Assembly: GCA_031393705.1 (NCBI GenBank)
Contig: JANMWB010000078.1
Coordinates: 879 to 64,878 of the forward strand
Length of the DNA stretch: 64,000 nucleotides
Direction: 5' to 3'
From: Thermoleophilia bacterium
Lineage (GTDB): Bacteria > Actinomycetota > Thermoleophilia > Gaiellales > Gaiellaceae
A model generated the notes under the pieces. It saw only the letters and a program-made list of their open reading frames with translations, searched no databases and was not told the origin of the DNA. Of this stretch, positions 1 to 12,830 are shown one piece after another. How positions within the stretch are numbered: the stretch's first letter is position 1; the number at the start of each line of letters is the position of its first letter. The position numbers and the translations under genes were made by a program.

Positions 1-22
1 AGCTGCGCGCGGTCAGTGAGGG

Positions 23-319
23 TTAGAGCGCGACGGACTTCTGGTCGCGAAAGCGTCGCGCAGCGTCGATCGCCGCGCCGAGGTTCAGGCCCTTGTCCTT
101 CGCCTGCTTGATCAGCATCACGGTCTCGACGGCATCCATGTCGTAGATCCGCTGCTTCTTCCCCTTGGTGGGGATCTGGGCTTTGTTCGTCCAGTAATCG
201 AGCTGCATCTTCGAGATGCCCGCGATCGCGCAGACCTGCCCGAGGTAGAGCTCGATCTTGTCGAGATGCTCGGCCATATCGATGGGCTCGAGCAGGTCGA
301 CCTGCTTGCTATACGCCAC
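23..319 (-). CDS. MerR-family HTH transcriptional regulator
   Basis: ORF 23..412(-). Segment LYLGQVCAIAGISKMQLDYWTNKAQIPTKGKKQRIYDMDAVETVMLIKQAKDKGLNL fits the MerR HTH-wing pattern. Start trimmed to GTG 319 because AAAGGAAG lies about 7 nt upstream; ATG 277 is an alternative. Confidence 0.6.
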   Translation of the reverse strand: MAYSKQVDLLEPIDMAEHLDKIELYLGQVCAIAGISKMQLDYWTNKAQIPTKGKKQRIYDMDAVETVMLIKQAKDKGLNLGAAIDAARRFRDQKSVAL

Positions 320-449
320 GAGGGCTTCCTTTGTTCGACTGTCTCCCGACCCCTCGATTGACACTTCTACCACCCCTAGTTGCAAAAGGGAAGTTGTTGT
401 GCCCGAAATCACACAGAAGGGTGAGGAGGCGCTAAACGATAGAAAAAGC

Positions 450-2999
450 TCAGTCGTCGGGTGTCGAGGCGTCCGAAACGGCGTCGCCGCCCGGCACTTC
501 GCTCGACACGGAGCCGTCCGCGTCGACGTCCTGGTCGTCGCCGGATTCCACGACCGGCGCCAGTGACGAGACCTGCTCGCCCTCGCGGAGCCGCATCACG
601 ATCACGCCCTGCGTCGAACGGCCGAGCCGCTTCACGTCTTCGACCGGCATCTTGATCACGGTGCCGCCGGTCGAGATCAGCATCACCTGGTAGCCGTCGC
701 GAACGACGCGCGCGCCGGCGAGATGCCCGCGCGCCGCGGTCAGCTGAACCGTCTTCACGCCCATGCCGCCGCGGCCCTTCTTCGGGTACTCGGAGACGCG
801 CGTCCGCTTGCCGTACCCGTTCTCGGTGATCACGAGCAGGTCCGCGTCGTCGGCAGCAATCGCCACCGAGATCACTTCGTCGTCACCGCGCAAGCGCATG
901 CCCTGCACACCGGAGGCGTCGCGACCCATCGCGCGCACGTCCTTCTCCGAGAAGCGGATCGCCTGGCCGAGACGCGACACCATCAGGACGTCGTCCTCGC
1001 CGGTCGAGTGGCGGGCGCCGATCAGTTCGTCCCCCTCGCGCATCTTGATCGCGATGATTCCGTCGGCCTTCAGGTTCGTGTTGTACGCCTTGAGCTCGGT
1101 CTTCTTGACGACACCGTTCTTCGTGGCGAACAGGAGGTACTTCGCCTCCTCGAACGCGCGGGTCTGGATCACAGCACGCACCGTCTCGCCCTGACGGAAT
1201 GGCAGCAGGTTGACGATCGCGCGACCCTTCGACTGGCGGGAACCGAGTGGCAACTCGTGCACCTTCAGCCGATAGACCTTGCCGACGCTCGTGAAGAACA
1301 AGATGTAGTCGTGTGTCGATGCGACGAACAGATGCTCGATGTAGTCCTCGTCCTTCAAGTCCATCCCCATCACGCCGATGCCGCCGCGGCGCTGCTCGCG
1401 ATAGGCCGTGACGGGTAGCCGCTTGATGTAGCCGGACTGCGTGATCGCGATCACCATGTCCTCTTCCGCGATCAGGTCCTCGAGCTCGAGCTCCTCTTCG
1501 GCCGCCACGATCTCCGAGCGGCGGTCGTCATTGCGCCCGTAGATCGCGTTCAGCTCGAGCAACTCGTCCTTGATCAGCGAATCGACCTTCGTCTCGTCCG
1601 AGAGCAACGCGCGCAGCTCGGCGATGCGCTCCTGGATGTCCTTGTATTCGCTCTCGACGCCCTGCCGCTCGAGCGCGGTCAGCGCGCGGAGGCGGAGCTC
1701 GAGAATCGCAAGCGACTGCTGCTCGGACAGCTCGAACGTCGCCATCAAGCCGGTCTTCGCAGCCTCGGTGTCGGCCGCGGCACGGATCAGCTTGATCACC
1801 GCGTCGAGATTGTCGAGCGCGATGAGATAGCCAGCGAGGATGTGCGCGCGGCGCTCCTTCTTGCGCAGCTCGTCCTTCGAGCGGCGCGAGACGATCTCGC
1901 GCTGGAAGTCGAGAAAATGTGTGATGAGCTCGAGCAGTGACAGCGTGCGCGGGATGCCGTTGACGAGCGCGACGGCATTGACGCCGAACGTCGACTGCAG
2001 CGGCGTGTGCTTGAAGAGCTTGTTGAGGGCAACCTGCGGGATCGCGTCGCGCTTCAGCTCGATCTGGATGCGCATCCCCGACCGGTCGGAGTGGTCCGCG
2101 AGATCGGAGATCTCCGTGAGCACCTTCTCGTTGACGAGGTCCGCGATCTTCTTGATCACACCTGCGTCGCCGCCCTTCTTCACGCCGTACGGCAGCTCCG
2201 TGACGATGATCGCGCTCTTGCCGCCGCGCAGCTCTTCGATGTGCGCGCGGGCGCGCATGACGACACGGCCGCGGCCGGTGCGGTAGGCGTCACGGATCCC
2301 GGAGCGGCCGACGATGATCGCGCCGGTCGGGAAGTCGGGTCCCTTGACGTGCTTCATCAGGTCCTCGACGTTCGCCTGCGGGTTGTCGATCAGCTCGACG
2401 ATCGCGTTCACGACTTCGCCCAGGTTGTGAGGCGGGATGTTCGTCGCCATACCAACGGCGATGCCGGCACTGCCGTTGACAAGCAGGTTGGGGAAGCGCG
2501 CCGGCAGGACGAGCGGCTCGCGCTTCGACTCGTCGTAGTTCGGGCCGAAGTCGACGGTGTCGGAGTCGAGCTCGCGCAGCATCTCCTCGGCGAGCTTCGC
2601 GAGCCGCGCCTCGGTGTAGCGCATCGCGGCAGCCGGATCGTCATCGATCGAGCCGAAGTTGCCCTGGCCATCGACGAGCGGGTAGCGGAGCGAGAACGGC
2701 TGCGCAAGACGCACGAGCGTGTCGTAGATCGACGCGTCGCCATGCGGATGATGGTTGCCCATCACGTACCCGACGATGTTCGCCGACTTCACGTACGGCC
2801 TGCCCGGCCGGTTGCCGTTCGACCACATCGAATAGAGCACGCGGCGATGCACGGGCTTCAAGCCGTCGCGCACGTCGGGGAGCGCGCGCGACACGATCAC
2901 GTGCATCGCGTAGCCGAGGAAGCTCGTGCGCATCTCCTGCTCGAGCTCGCGTCCCTCGATGCGGCCGGGGCCCAGGGCGCCTGTTTCTAGTTCACTCAT
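450..2999 (-). CDS. gyrA: DNA gyrase subunit A
   Basis: 849-aa ORF. N-terminal [20 protein letters not shown], active-site Tyr region [11 protein letters not shown], repeated C-terminal beta-pinwheel-like segments. Lies directly downstream of gyrB. Confidence 0.97.
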   Translation of the reverse strand: MSELETGALGPGRIEGRELEQEMRTSFLGYAMHVIVSRALPDVRDGLKPVHRRVLYSMWSNGNRPGRPYVKSANIVGYVMGNHHPHGDASIYDTLVRLAQPFSLRYPLVDGQGNFGSIDDDPAAAMRYTEARLAKLAEEMLRELDSDTVDFGPNYDESKREPLVLPARFPNLLVNGSAGIAVGMATNIPPHNLGEVVNAIVELIDNPQANVEDLMKHVKGPDFPTGAIIVGRSGIRDAYRTGRGRVVMRARAHIEELRGGKSAIIVTELPYGVKKGGDAGVIKKIADLVNEKVLTEISDLADHSDRSGMRIQIELKRDAIPQVALNKLFKHTPLQSTFGVNAVALVNGIPRTLSLLELITHFLDFQREIVSRRSKDELRKKERRAHILAGYLIALDNLDAVIKLIRAAADTEAAKTGLMATFELSEQQSLAILELRLRALTALERQGVESEYKDIQERIAELRALLSDETKVDSLIKDELLELNAIYGRNDDRRSEIVAAEEELELEDLIAEEDMVIAITQSGYIKRLPVTAYREQRRGGIGVMGMDLKDEDYIEHLFVASTHDYILFFTSVGKVYRLKVHELPLGSRQSKGRAIVNLLPFRQGETVRAVIQTRAFEEAKYLLFATKNGVVKKTELKAYNTNLKADGIIAIKMREGDELIGARHSTGEDDVLMVSRLGQAIRFSEKDVRAMGRDASGVQGMRLRGDDEVISVAIAADDADLLVITENGYGKRTRVSEYPKKGRGGMGVKTVQLTAARGHLAGARVVRDGYQVMLISTGGTVIKMPVEDVKRLGRSTQGVIVMRLREGEQVSSLAPVVESGDDQDVDADGSVSSEVPGGDAVSDASTPDD

Positions 3000-3008
3000 C
3001 CGTTGTTC

Positions 3009-5867
<2,859 letters not shown>

Positions 5868-5887
<20 letters not shown>

Positions 5888-6929
5888 CTCTCGCAAATCC
5901 GTGTTCGACCTCGACAACCTGTGCGGGCTCGATCGGTAGTGCAGAGCGGTGCGTTGCGGTGATCATCGTCTGTCCCATACCCGCGAGGCGTCGCGCCAGC
6001 ACTTCGCGCCGGCCCAGGTCGAGCTCCGAGAGGACGTCGTCGAGCAGGAGCAGCGGCGGTGTGGGCAGGAGCTCTGCTTCGGCGAGGAGCAGCGAGAGGA
6101 CGGCCAAGCGCTGCTCCCCCTGCGATCCGTACTGACGCAGATCGCGGTCGCCACTTGCGATAACCACGTCGTCGAGATGCGGACCGACGCCCGTTGTGCC
6201 GCGCTCGAGATCGCGAGAGAGACGCGCTTCCAACAACGCGACGGTCGGCGGCTCGGCGTCGTACTCGAGTCGCGCGTCCGGCAAACCGAGCTCGTCGGCG
6301 CGTTCCGCGAAGCCCGGTGCAAGTTGCGCGAGTGCGACGCGGCGCTGTTCGACGAGCGCCGCTCCAAGCGCGGCGATCTGCTCCGTCCACGGCTCGAGCG
6401 CGTCGCGGGCGGACAACCCGAGTTGCACACGGCGGAGCGCGGCGTTGCGCTGTGCGAGCGTTGCGAGGTAGTCCTGCGGCACACCGGCGCGGGCGGGGAA
6501 CAACCGTGCGAGGACACGATCGAAGTAGGCGCGGCGCGCGGCCGGCCCACCCTTCACAACAGCGAGCCGGTCCGGGGTGAAGACCAGCGTCGATACCTCG
6601 CGACGCAACGACTCCGCGGACGGCAGCTTCGCGCCGTTCAAGCGCGCTTCTTTCGCCTGCCCTTGTCGGAGGGTGACCGAGATCTCAACCGGCGACACAC
6701 CGCGATGTCCGTCGAGCACGATGCGGCCCGCGTCCTCGCCGAAGCGAATCAGTTGCGTGTCCTGGCGCGTCCGCGGCGAGAAGCCTTGCGTCGCGACGTG
6801 TAGCGACTCGAGCAGATTCGTCTTCCCGACACCGTTGCGACCGACAACCAGAACGACGCCGGGCTCGAGCGCGAGATCGAGCGCCGCGTACGACCGGTAG
6901 CTACGAAGCGTGACGTTGCGTGTGATCAG
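5868..6929 (-). CDS. recF: DNA replication/repair protein RecF
   Basis: My translation of the minus strand upstream of the track ORF (5868..6719) gives LITRNVTLRSYRSYAALDLALEPGVVLVVGRNGVGKTNLLESLH, the RecF N-terminus with its P-loop. C-terminal LLLLDDVLSELD signature is present. No ATG/GTG/TTG is available; start assigned to CTG 6929, overlapping the dnaN stop. Confidence 0.85.
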
Positions 6930-8056
6930 CCCGCGAGCCTGATCGGCATGATCAGGTACACGTAGTCGTCGGCTTCACCTTCGAGCACCGCCGGGCGCAA
7001 CGGACTGATCAGCTTGAACTTGATCGTCTCGGAATCGACGGAGTCAAGACCGTCGCGGAGGAACTCCGCATTGAATCCGATCTCCATCGCGTCGCCGGTG
7101 TACGGCGCCGGCAACGATTCGCGTGCCTCGCCTACGTCTTGCGTCACGGCGGAAACGGTCAGATCCCCGTCGGCGAAACGAAGGCGTAGCGGTGAGTTGC
7201 GCTGCGCCATCAGCGACACGCGGCGCACCACCTCGAGCAGCTCCTCGCGTGGCAAAGCGAGCTCGTACTCGAACTGCTCAGGCAGCAGTTGGCGGTAGTT
7301 CGGGAACTGTCCGTCGATGCGGCGCGTCGTCAACCAGGTGCCTTCGGCACCGAACACGACGTGGTTTTCCTGGAGGCCGAGTTGGATCTCGTCGGCCGTG
7401 CCGGCGATGCGAACAAGCTCCTGCAGCGCACGTGCCGGGATGATTGCTTCGAGCTCCGGCAGCGTTCCTTCGACCGGCGTTTCCTTCACGGCGAGGCGGT
7501 ACGAGTCGGTGGCGGCCATCACGATCTTGCCCGGCTCGAAGCGCACGAGGATGCCCGTCAACACCGGACGGCTCTCGTCACGCGATGCGCTACGACCGAC
7601 GCGCGCAACCGTCTCGACAAGCGCTTCGCGATCGATGCCGTGTAGGCCTGCTTCCTCGATCTCCGGCAACCGCGGAAAGTCTTCCGACGAGTACGTGTGG
7701 AGCCGGTAGTTCGCTGTTCCGGCGGTGACGACGACAACGGCTTCCTCGGGCTTGTGCTCGATCGTCACGTCGCTGTCCGGCAGTGAGCGGGCGATGTCGA
7801 GCAGCAGCTTGCCCGGCACGACAACCGTCCCTTCGTCGGCGACCTGCGCCTCGACCGTCGCGCGCAGCGAGACCTCCATGTCCGTCGCGGCGAGGTGGAG
7901 TTGGCCGGCCTCGGCGCGGAGCTGGATCCCGCCGAGCACGAGCACCGTGGTGCGGCTCGAAACACCCCGCGCAACGATACCCAGCTTGGCTGCCAGTTCG
8001 TCCTTGGTGACGGTTATCCGCAGGCCGGTCCCCACTACGGTTTCTGAGTCAATCAT
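6926..8056 (-). CDS. dnaN: DNA polymerase III beta sliding clamp
   Basis: 376-aa ORF of typical beta-clamp length, located between dnaA and recF. ATG start at 8056. Confidence 0.95.
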   Translation of the reverse strand: MIDSETVVGTGLRITVTKDELAAKLGIVARGVSSRTTVLVLGGIQLRAEAGQLHLAATDMEVSLRATVEAQVADEGTVVVPGKLLLDIARSLPDSDVTIEHKPEEAVVVVTAGTANYRLHTYSSEDFPRLPEIEEAGLHGIDREALVETVARVGRSASRDESRPVLTGILVRFEPGKIVMAATDSYRLAVKETPVEGTLPELEAIIPARALQELVRIAGTADEIQLGLQENHVVFGAEGTWLTTRRIDGQFPNYRQLLPEQFEYELALPREELLEVVRRVSLMAQRNSPLRLRFADGDLTVSAVTQDVGEARESLPAPYTGDAMEIGFNAEFLRDGLDSVDSETIKFKLISPLRPAVLEGEADDYVYLIMPIRLAG

Positions 8057-8184
8057 TTAAATAAACCTCGTTGTAGTGATAAGCCCTGTGGGTCCGGGGA
8101 GAACTGCCTGGATCCCTTCCCACGACTCAGTTTCGCTGTGGGGCCGGACGGGGGACAACTTGCGGTCTTGCACAGGCTAAACAC

Positions 8185-9582
8185 TCAACGTGCTTGCCGG
8201 ACTCGAGCTGTGAGTTCTTGGACGAGGTTGTACACAGACCTGTCCTCACGGATCAGGCGCGCGATTTTGGACGTCGCGTGGATCACCGTTGTGTGATCGC
8301 GGCCGCCGAACTCCTTGCCGATCTTCGGGAGCGAGGAGTCCGTGAGCTCGCGTGAGAGGTACATCGCGACCTGCCGCGGATAGACGATGTTCTGGGAGCG
8401 CCGGTCGCCGGTCAGCTCCGCCATCGTCACTCCGAAGCGCTCACAGACGAGGTCCTGGATCTTCTCGATCGAGATCTGAGCGCTCTCTCCTTGCGGGAAG
8501 ACGTCCTTCAGCACGTCCTGAGCGAGGTCGACGGAGAGCGGCCTCCCGGTCAGCGATGAGAACGCGACGACCCGTGTGAGTGCGCCTTCGAGCTCGCGGA
8601 TGTTCGTCGACACCCGCGAGGCGATGAACGTCAGCAACTCAGGCTCGCGGATCTCGATCTGGTCGTTCTTGACCTTCTTGCGGAGGATCGCGATGCGCGT
8701 CTCGAGGTCCGGCGGCTGAATGTCGGTGATCAGGCCCCACTCGAACCGTGAGCGCAGGCGTTCCTCCAATGTCGAGATGTCCCGCGGCGGCCGGTCGCTC
8801 GACATCACGATCTGCCTGCCGGCTTCGTAGAGGGAGTTGAAGGTATGGAAGAACTCCTCCTGGATGCGCTCCTTGTGCTCGAAGAACTGGACGTCGTCGA
8901 TCAGGAGCACGTCGTAGGTGCGGTAGCGCTGCTTGAAGCCCTCGATGCGCTTGTCGCGGAGGCTGTTGATGAAGTCGTTCATGAACGTCTCCGAGGTGAC
9001 GTAGCGGCACGTGAGCCCACCGCCGTGGTCGGTGACGAAGTTCGCGACCGCGTGCAGAAGGTGGGTCTTCCCGAGGCCCGTGTGGCCGTAGATGAAGAGT
9101 GGGTTGTACGCCTGTGCCGGCGCCTCGGCGACCGCCAGCGCGGCCGCGTGCGCGAAACGGTTGGACGACCCGATCACGAAGGAGTCGAAGGTGTACTTCG
9201 GATTGATCCCGGCGACGTCGCTGCGCGTCTTTTCAGAATGGGGCGCAGCAATCACCTCGGCCGGCAGCGGGCTGACCGCGCTCGGCACGGCGTTCGAGGG
9301 TTGCGGCGGCGGGACGGCCGACTCTTCGACGCGCAGCTGAACGCGGAGTTCCTTGCCGCTCGCATCCTTGACTGCAGCCCGGATCAGGTCGAGAAAGTGA
9401 CCCTCGATCCATTCTCGTGTGAAGTCGTTCGGAACGGCGACCGCGAAGGTGTCGTCGTCGAGCGATGCACCGTCCACCTCGCCGAACCAGGTCGAATAGG
9501 TGGTGTCGTTCAGCGCTTCGCGGAGCCGGGCGGAAACATCAGTCCAGAGACTTTCCGCCGTCAGCTCGGTTTGCCGCTCCAC
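8185..9582 (-). CDS. dnaA: Chromosomal replication initiator DnaA
   Basis: 465-aa ORF. GTG start 9582 with GAAGGAG about 10 nt upstream. Walker A GHTGLGKTHLL, Walker B LLIDDVQF, C-terminal DNA-binding region SLPKIGKEFGGRDHTTVIHA. Confidence 0.97.
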   Translation of the reverse strand: MERQTELTAESLWTDVSARLREALNDTTYSTWFGEVDGASLDDDTFAVAVPNDFTREWIEGHFLDLIRAAVKDASGKELRVQLRVEESAVPPPQPSNAVPSAVSPLPAEVIAAPHSEKTRSDVAGINPKYTFDSFVIGSSNRFAHAAALAVAEAPAQAYNPLFIYGHTGLGKTHLLHAVANFVTDHGGGLTCRYVTSETFMNDFINSLRDKRIEGFKQRYRTYDVLLIDDVQFFEHKERIQEEFFHTFNSLYEAGRQIVMSSDRPPRDISTLEERLRSRFEWGLITDIQPPDLETRIAILRKKVKNDQIEIREPELLTFIASRVSTNIRELEGALTRVVAFSSLTGRPLSVDLAQDVLKDVFPQGESAQISIEKIQDLVCERFGVTMAELTGDRRSQNIVYPRQVAMYLSRELTDSSLPKIGKEFGGRDHTTVIHATSKIARLIREDRSVYNLVQELTARVRQAR

Positions 9583-9722
9583 GCTTTGCCCGCTCCTTCA
9601 TTCGACCCCAGGGAGTTGGCGAGCATAGCAGCGTCCTCGAGCGCGTTTCAATGAGGATTTCTCGCCTCGTCCGCACCGGACGATTACGGTCTTTTGCAGG
9701 CATTTCGAGCGAGTTCCGGAAG

Positions 9723-9809
9723 CTTTCCACAGCTGTGGAAAGTCTGCTCGGTGAGACGCCCGCGACCCCCCTTTCCACGGCTTTTGTCCTCCACGCCCCC
9801 TGTGGACAA
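9723..9809. promoter_or_regulatory. DnaA-box cluster (candidate oriC core)
   Basis: Boxes relative to TTGTCCACA: CTTTCCACA 9723-9731, TGTGGAAAG 9734-9742, CTTTCCACG 9771-9779, TCCTCCACG 9787-9795, TGTGGACAA 9801-9809 (perfect reverse complement). Lies in the rpmH-dnaA divergent spacer, where gene orientation flips. Confidence 0.7.
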
Positions 9810-9871
9810 CCGTCTGCCAAATTGGTCCGGCTATACTCGCCCGCGGCCGGCTTCGACGCTGGCTCCTTCTT

Positions 9872-10006
9872 ATGAAACGGACCTACCAGCCGAACGTACG
9901 CAAGCGGAAGCGCAAGCACGGATTCCGTGCCCGGATGGCGACGCGTGCGGGTCAGCAGATCCTCAAGCGCCGCAGGTCCAAGGGCCGCAAGCGCCTCTCG
10001 GCGTGA
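9872..10006 (+). CDS. rpmH: 50S ribosomal protein L34
   Basis: Absent from the ORF track (44 codons). ATG 9872 translates to [44 protein letters not shown], a typical L34 sequence. Confidence 0.95.
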   Translation: MKRTYQPNVRKRKRKHGFRARMATRAGQQILKRRRSKGRKRLSA

Positions 10007-10010
10007 GCGC

Positions 10011-10361
10011 GTGCAGCGCCGGAACCGCCTTTCCCGCTCTCGCGACTTCGACGCCGTTTACCGCCACGGCCGCTCCGTTTCGACCCGTTTCCTGACGCTC
10101 TACTGGTTCCAGCGGGAAGAGGCTGTGGGTGACCCCCGGCTCGGGTTCGCAGTCCCGAAGGCGGTCGGTAACGCTGTTGTCCGCAACCGCATCAAGCGGC
10201 AGTTGCGCGAGATCGTGCGCGTGAAGCTCGAGGGACGCCCGCCGACGAACGACTACGTGCTCGTCGTGCGCCAGGGGCTCCCGGAGGCCGCCGAGACGAA
10301 CGGGCACGTGTGGCTCGAAGAGCGCGTTGAAGAAGTGCTCGGGAAGTCGACCGCAGCATGA
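10011..10361 (+). CDS. rnpA: Ribonuclease P protein component
   Basis: GTG 10011, 4 nt after the rpmH stop. Basic 116-aa product with RLSRSRDFDAVYRHGRS and NRIKRQLRE. Conserved rpmH-rnpA order. Confidence 0.85.
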   Translation: MQRRNRLSRSRDFDAVYRHGRSVSTRFLTLYWFQREEAVGDPRLGFAVPKAVGNAVVRNRIKRQLREIVRVKLEGRPPTNDYVLVVRQGLPEAAETNGHVWLEERVEEVLGKSTAA

Positions 10362-10582
10362 GCACCGCGCCTCTCAGGATGCTGGCGATCGCTCCGATCC
10401 GCGTGTACCAGCGGCTCGTCTCGCCGTTCTTGCCGGCGAACACGTGCAAGTACCACCCGGGCTGCTCCGAGTACGCGGCGCTCGCGATCCGCAAGCACGG
10501 CGTGTTGCGCGGCCTGCCGATGGCCGGCTGGCGCCTCCTCAGGTGCAACCCGTGGTCGCACGGGGGAGTCGATTACCCATGA
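10358..10582 (+). CDS. yidD: Membrane protein insertion efficiency factor YidD
   Basis: 74 aa with motif YQRLVSPFLPANTCKYHPGCSEYA. ATGA overlap with rnpA. Confidence 0.9.
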   Translation: MSTAPLRMLAIAPIRVYQRLVSPFLPANTCKYHPGCSEYAALAIRKHGVLRGLPMAGWRLLRCNPWSHGGVDYP

Positions 10583-10607
10583 GCGTAGGCTTGACGGAGC
10601 TCCAATA

Positions 10608-11417
10608 ATGCTGCCGTTGTTCAGCATCCTTCAGCCGTTGGAGGACGTGATGAAGTCGATCCTCGACTTCTTCCACTCGAACATCGGCCTCCCGTGGGCG
10701 TGGTCGATCGTCGCGCTGACGATCCTCGTGCGCATCGTGCTCGTGCCGCTGACGGTGCGGCAGATCCATTCGATGCAGTCACTCCAGGCGCACGCGCCGG
10801 AGATGAAGGAGATCCAGAAGAAGTACAAGGGCGACCGCGCGAAGCTCAACGAAGAGCTGATGAAGTTCTACAAGGAGAACCACATCAACCCGGCTGCGTC
10901 GTGCCTGCCGTTGCTCGCGCAGTTCCCGGTCTTCATCGCGCTGTACTTCACGCTCAAGCACGGCACCAAGCACATCACCGGTTCGTGGCTGCACGTCGTC
11001 CCGAACATCTCCGCGAAGGCGACGTCGCACTGGTCAGGGTTCCTGCTGCTTGCGATCTACGGCGGCTCGCAAGTTGCGTCGACGTACTTCATGGGCGCGA
11101 CGATGGACAAGACGCAGCGGCGGATCATGATGTTCCTGCCGATCGTGTTCATCACGTTCGTGGCTCAGTTCCCGATGGGTCTCATCCTCTACTGGATGAC
11201 GACGAACCTCTGGACGGTCGGGCAGGGACTGATCACGCGCAGGCTGGTGCCGAAGCCCAACCCCGCCACCGCCGCCGCGGCTGCAACGGGGCCGAAGCGC
11301 TCATCGCGTACGCCCGCGAAAGTCGAGGCTCCTGCCGTTGTCGAGACCCCGAAGCAGCCTCCCGCGCCGCAACAGACGCGCCGCGTCAAGAAGAAGAAGG
11401 GCGGCGCTCGCCGTTGA
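10608..11417 (+). CDS. yidC: Membrane protein insertase YidC (short form)
   Basis: 269 aa with several hydrophobic segments, KYKGDRAKLNEELMKFYKENHINP, and a basic C-terminal tail. Conserved position after yidD. Confidence 0.9.
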   Translation: MLPLFSILQPLEDVMKSILDFFHSNIGLPWAWSIVALTILVRIVLVPLTVRQIHSMQSLQAHAPEMKEIQKKYKGDRAKLNEELMKFYKENHINPAASCLPLLAQFPVFIALYFTLKHGTKHITGSWLHVVPNISAKATSHWSGFLLLAIYGGSQVASTYFMGATMDKTQRRIMMFLPIVFITFVAQFPMGLILYWMTTNLWTVGQGLITRRLVPKPNPATAAAAATGPKRSSRTPAKVEAPAVVETPKQPPAPQQTRRVKKKKGGARR

Positions 11418-12106
11418 GCGACAACGTCTCCGCCGACACTGTGTCTGTAGAGGCAACGGGGGAGACTGTCGGTGAGGCGAAGTGGAAAGCACTGCGCGAC
11501 CTCGAACGCGCAGCGCCCGGGATCGACAAAGCGAGCGTTCGCTTCCAGGTCGTCTCGGAGGGCGAACGCGGCCTGCTCGGTGTCGGTTACACACCCGCGC
11601 GCGTGATCGCGACGGTCTCGGTTGCAGACATTGCGGAGGCGCCCTCGACGGCCCGTGACGACGAGAGCGAGCTCGAGACGCGCATGCGCGAACTGGTCGA
11701 GACCGTGATCGGTGCGATGGGAATCACCGCACGCGTTGACGTGCACGAGACAGACGATGGAGTCCTCGTCACCTGCACGGGCGGTGACCTCGGCTTGCTG
11801 ATCGGCAAGCATGGACAGACGATCGACGCGCTGCAGTACGTCGCGAACGCTGCGTCGTTTCGCTCGGGTGCCGGCAAGCCTGTGACGATCGATGCGGCGG
11901 GCTATCGCGAGCGGCGCCGGATGACGCTCGAAGGCATCGCGCTACGCGCGGCGGAGCAGGCAGTCGCCGGCGAGCGTGTGCTGCTCGAGCCGATGACGGC
12001 GGTTGAGCGAAAGGTGGTGCACGAACGGCTCAAGGAGGTCGGCGGCGTGGAGACCTCGAGTGAGGGGATCGAGCCCAATCGATACGTCGTCGTCTCACCT
12101 GCCTGA
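11414..12106 (+). CDS. jag: Jag/KhpB-like RNA-binding protein (KH + R3H)
   Basis: TTG 11414 overlaps the yidC stop (TTGA). Lies in frame within track ORF 10694..12106, whose upstream part is off-frame over yidC. C-terminal ERKVVHERL R3H-like segment. Confidence 0.85.
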   Translation: MSDNVSADTVSVEATGETVGEAKWKALRDLERAAPGIDKASVRFQVVSEGERGLLGVGYTPARVIATVSVADIAEAPSTARDDESELETRMRELVETVIGAMGITARVDVHETDDGVLVTCTGGDLGLLIGKHGQTIDALQYVANAASFRSGAGKPVTIDAAGYRERRRMTLEGIALRAAEQAVAGERVLLEPMTAVERKVVHERLKEVGGVETSSEGIEPNRYVVVSPA

Positions 12107-12686
12107 CAGTGCTGCTCTCACTGCGTGGCTCGCCGCGGTCGTCGCGACGCCGGGACTGACGGCGTTCCGCGACGCGGACGAAGCGCGCCGCGCGCTGCTC
12201 GACGATTCGCTACGCGGCCTCGAGCTCGTCTCGCGTTTCGACGGGCCGATCGTCGATGTCGGCTCGGGCGGCGGGGCTCCTGGCATCCCGCTCGCGCACG
12301 CATTGCCGGACCGCGAGGTGGTGTTGCTCGAAGCCGAACGGCGGAAGTGTGAGTTCCTCGAGCAGTGGACGCCGGCGAACGCGCGTGTCGTCTGGGGTCG
12401 CGCGGAGGAGCAAGTGACCGACTGGGCGGGTGTGGCCGTGGCGAAGGCGCTTGCGCAGCCGCCGACAGCCGTCGAGTGGTGCTTGCCGCTCGTTCGGGAA
12501 GGCGGCGCGGTCGTGATCTGGGTCGGCCCATCGGCGGACGCCGAGCACGTCGGCCGGGTGGCGGCGCGAATCGCCGGCGAGCTCGAACCGGCACCGGACG
12601 GCTTCCTCGTCATCCGCAAGCTCGCCCCGACGCCGGCGGGCTTCCCGCGTCGCACGGGCGTAGCCAAGAAGCGCCCTTTGGCCTAG
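12060..12686 (+). CDS. rsmG: 16S rRNA (guanine527-N7)-methyltransferase RsmG
   Basis: SAM-binding IVDVGSGGGAPGIPLA; conserved position after jag. GTG 12060 (GGAGA about 6 nt upstream) chosen; TTG 12003 is the alternative. Either start overlaps the jag 3' end. Confidence 0.8.
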   Translation: MRGSSPIDTSSSHLPDSAALTAWLAAVVATPGLTAFRDADEARRALLDDSLRGLELVSRFDGPIVDVGSGGGAPGIPLAHALPDREVVLLEAERRKCEFLEQWTPANARVVWGRAEEQVTDWAGVAVAKALAQPPTAVEWCLPLVREGGAVVIWVGPSADAEHVGRVAARIAGELEPAPDGFLVIRKLAPTPAGFPRRTGVAKKRPLA

Positions 12687-12693
12687 ACCTCCC

Positions 12694-12830
12694 GAGACAT
12701 CTCTCGTGGTCAGACCACGCCCGAAGTCGCGTGCGCGTTGTCCACACGTGGCCCGAAACCGCAGGAACTGCCAGGGTTGCTTGGTCCTTTCAGACATTGC
12801 GATCGGAGACCCGCCTCGTGGTCAGACCAC
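12694..12830. repeat. Two copies of GAGAC-N4-CTCGTGGTCAGACCAC, each containing the 13-nt palindrome GTGGTCAGACCAC
   Basis: Identical 16-mers at 12703-12718 and 12815-12830, both preceded by GAGAC plus 4 nt, 112 bp apart. They sit in the 205-bp spacer between convergent rsmG and the GT-C-like gene. Confidence 0.6.
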
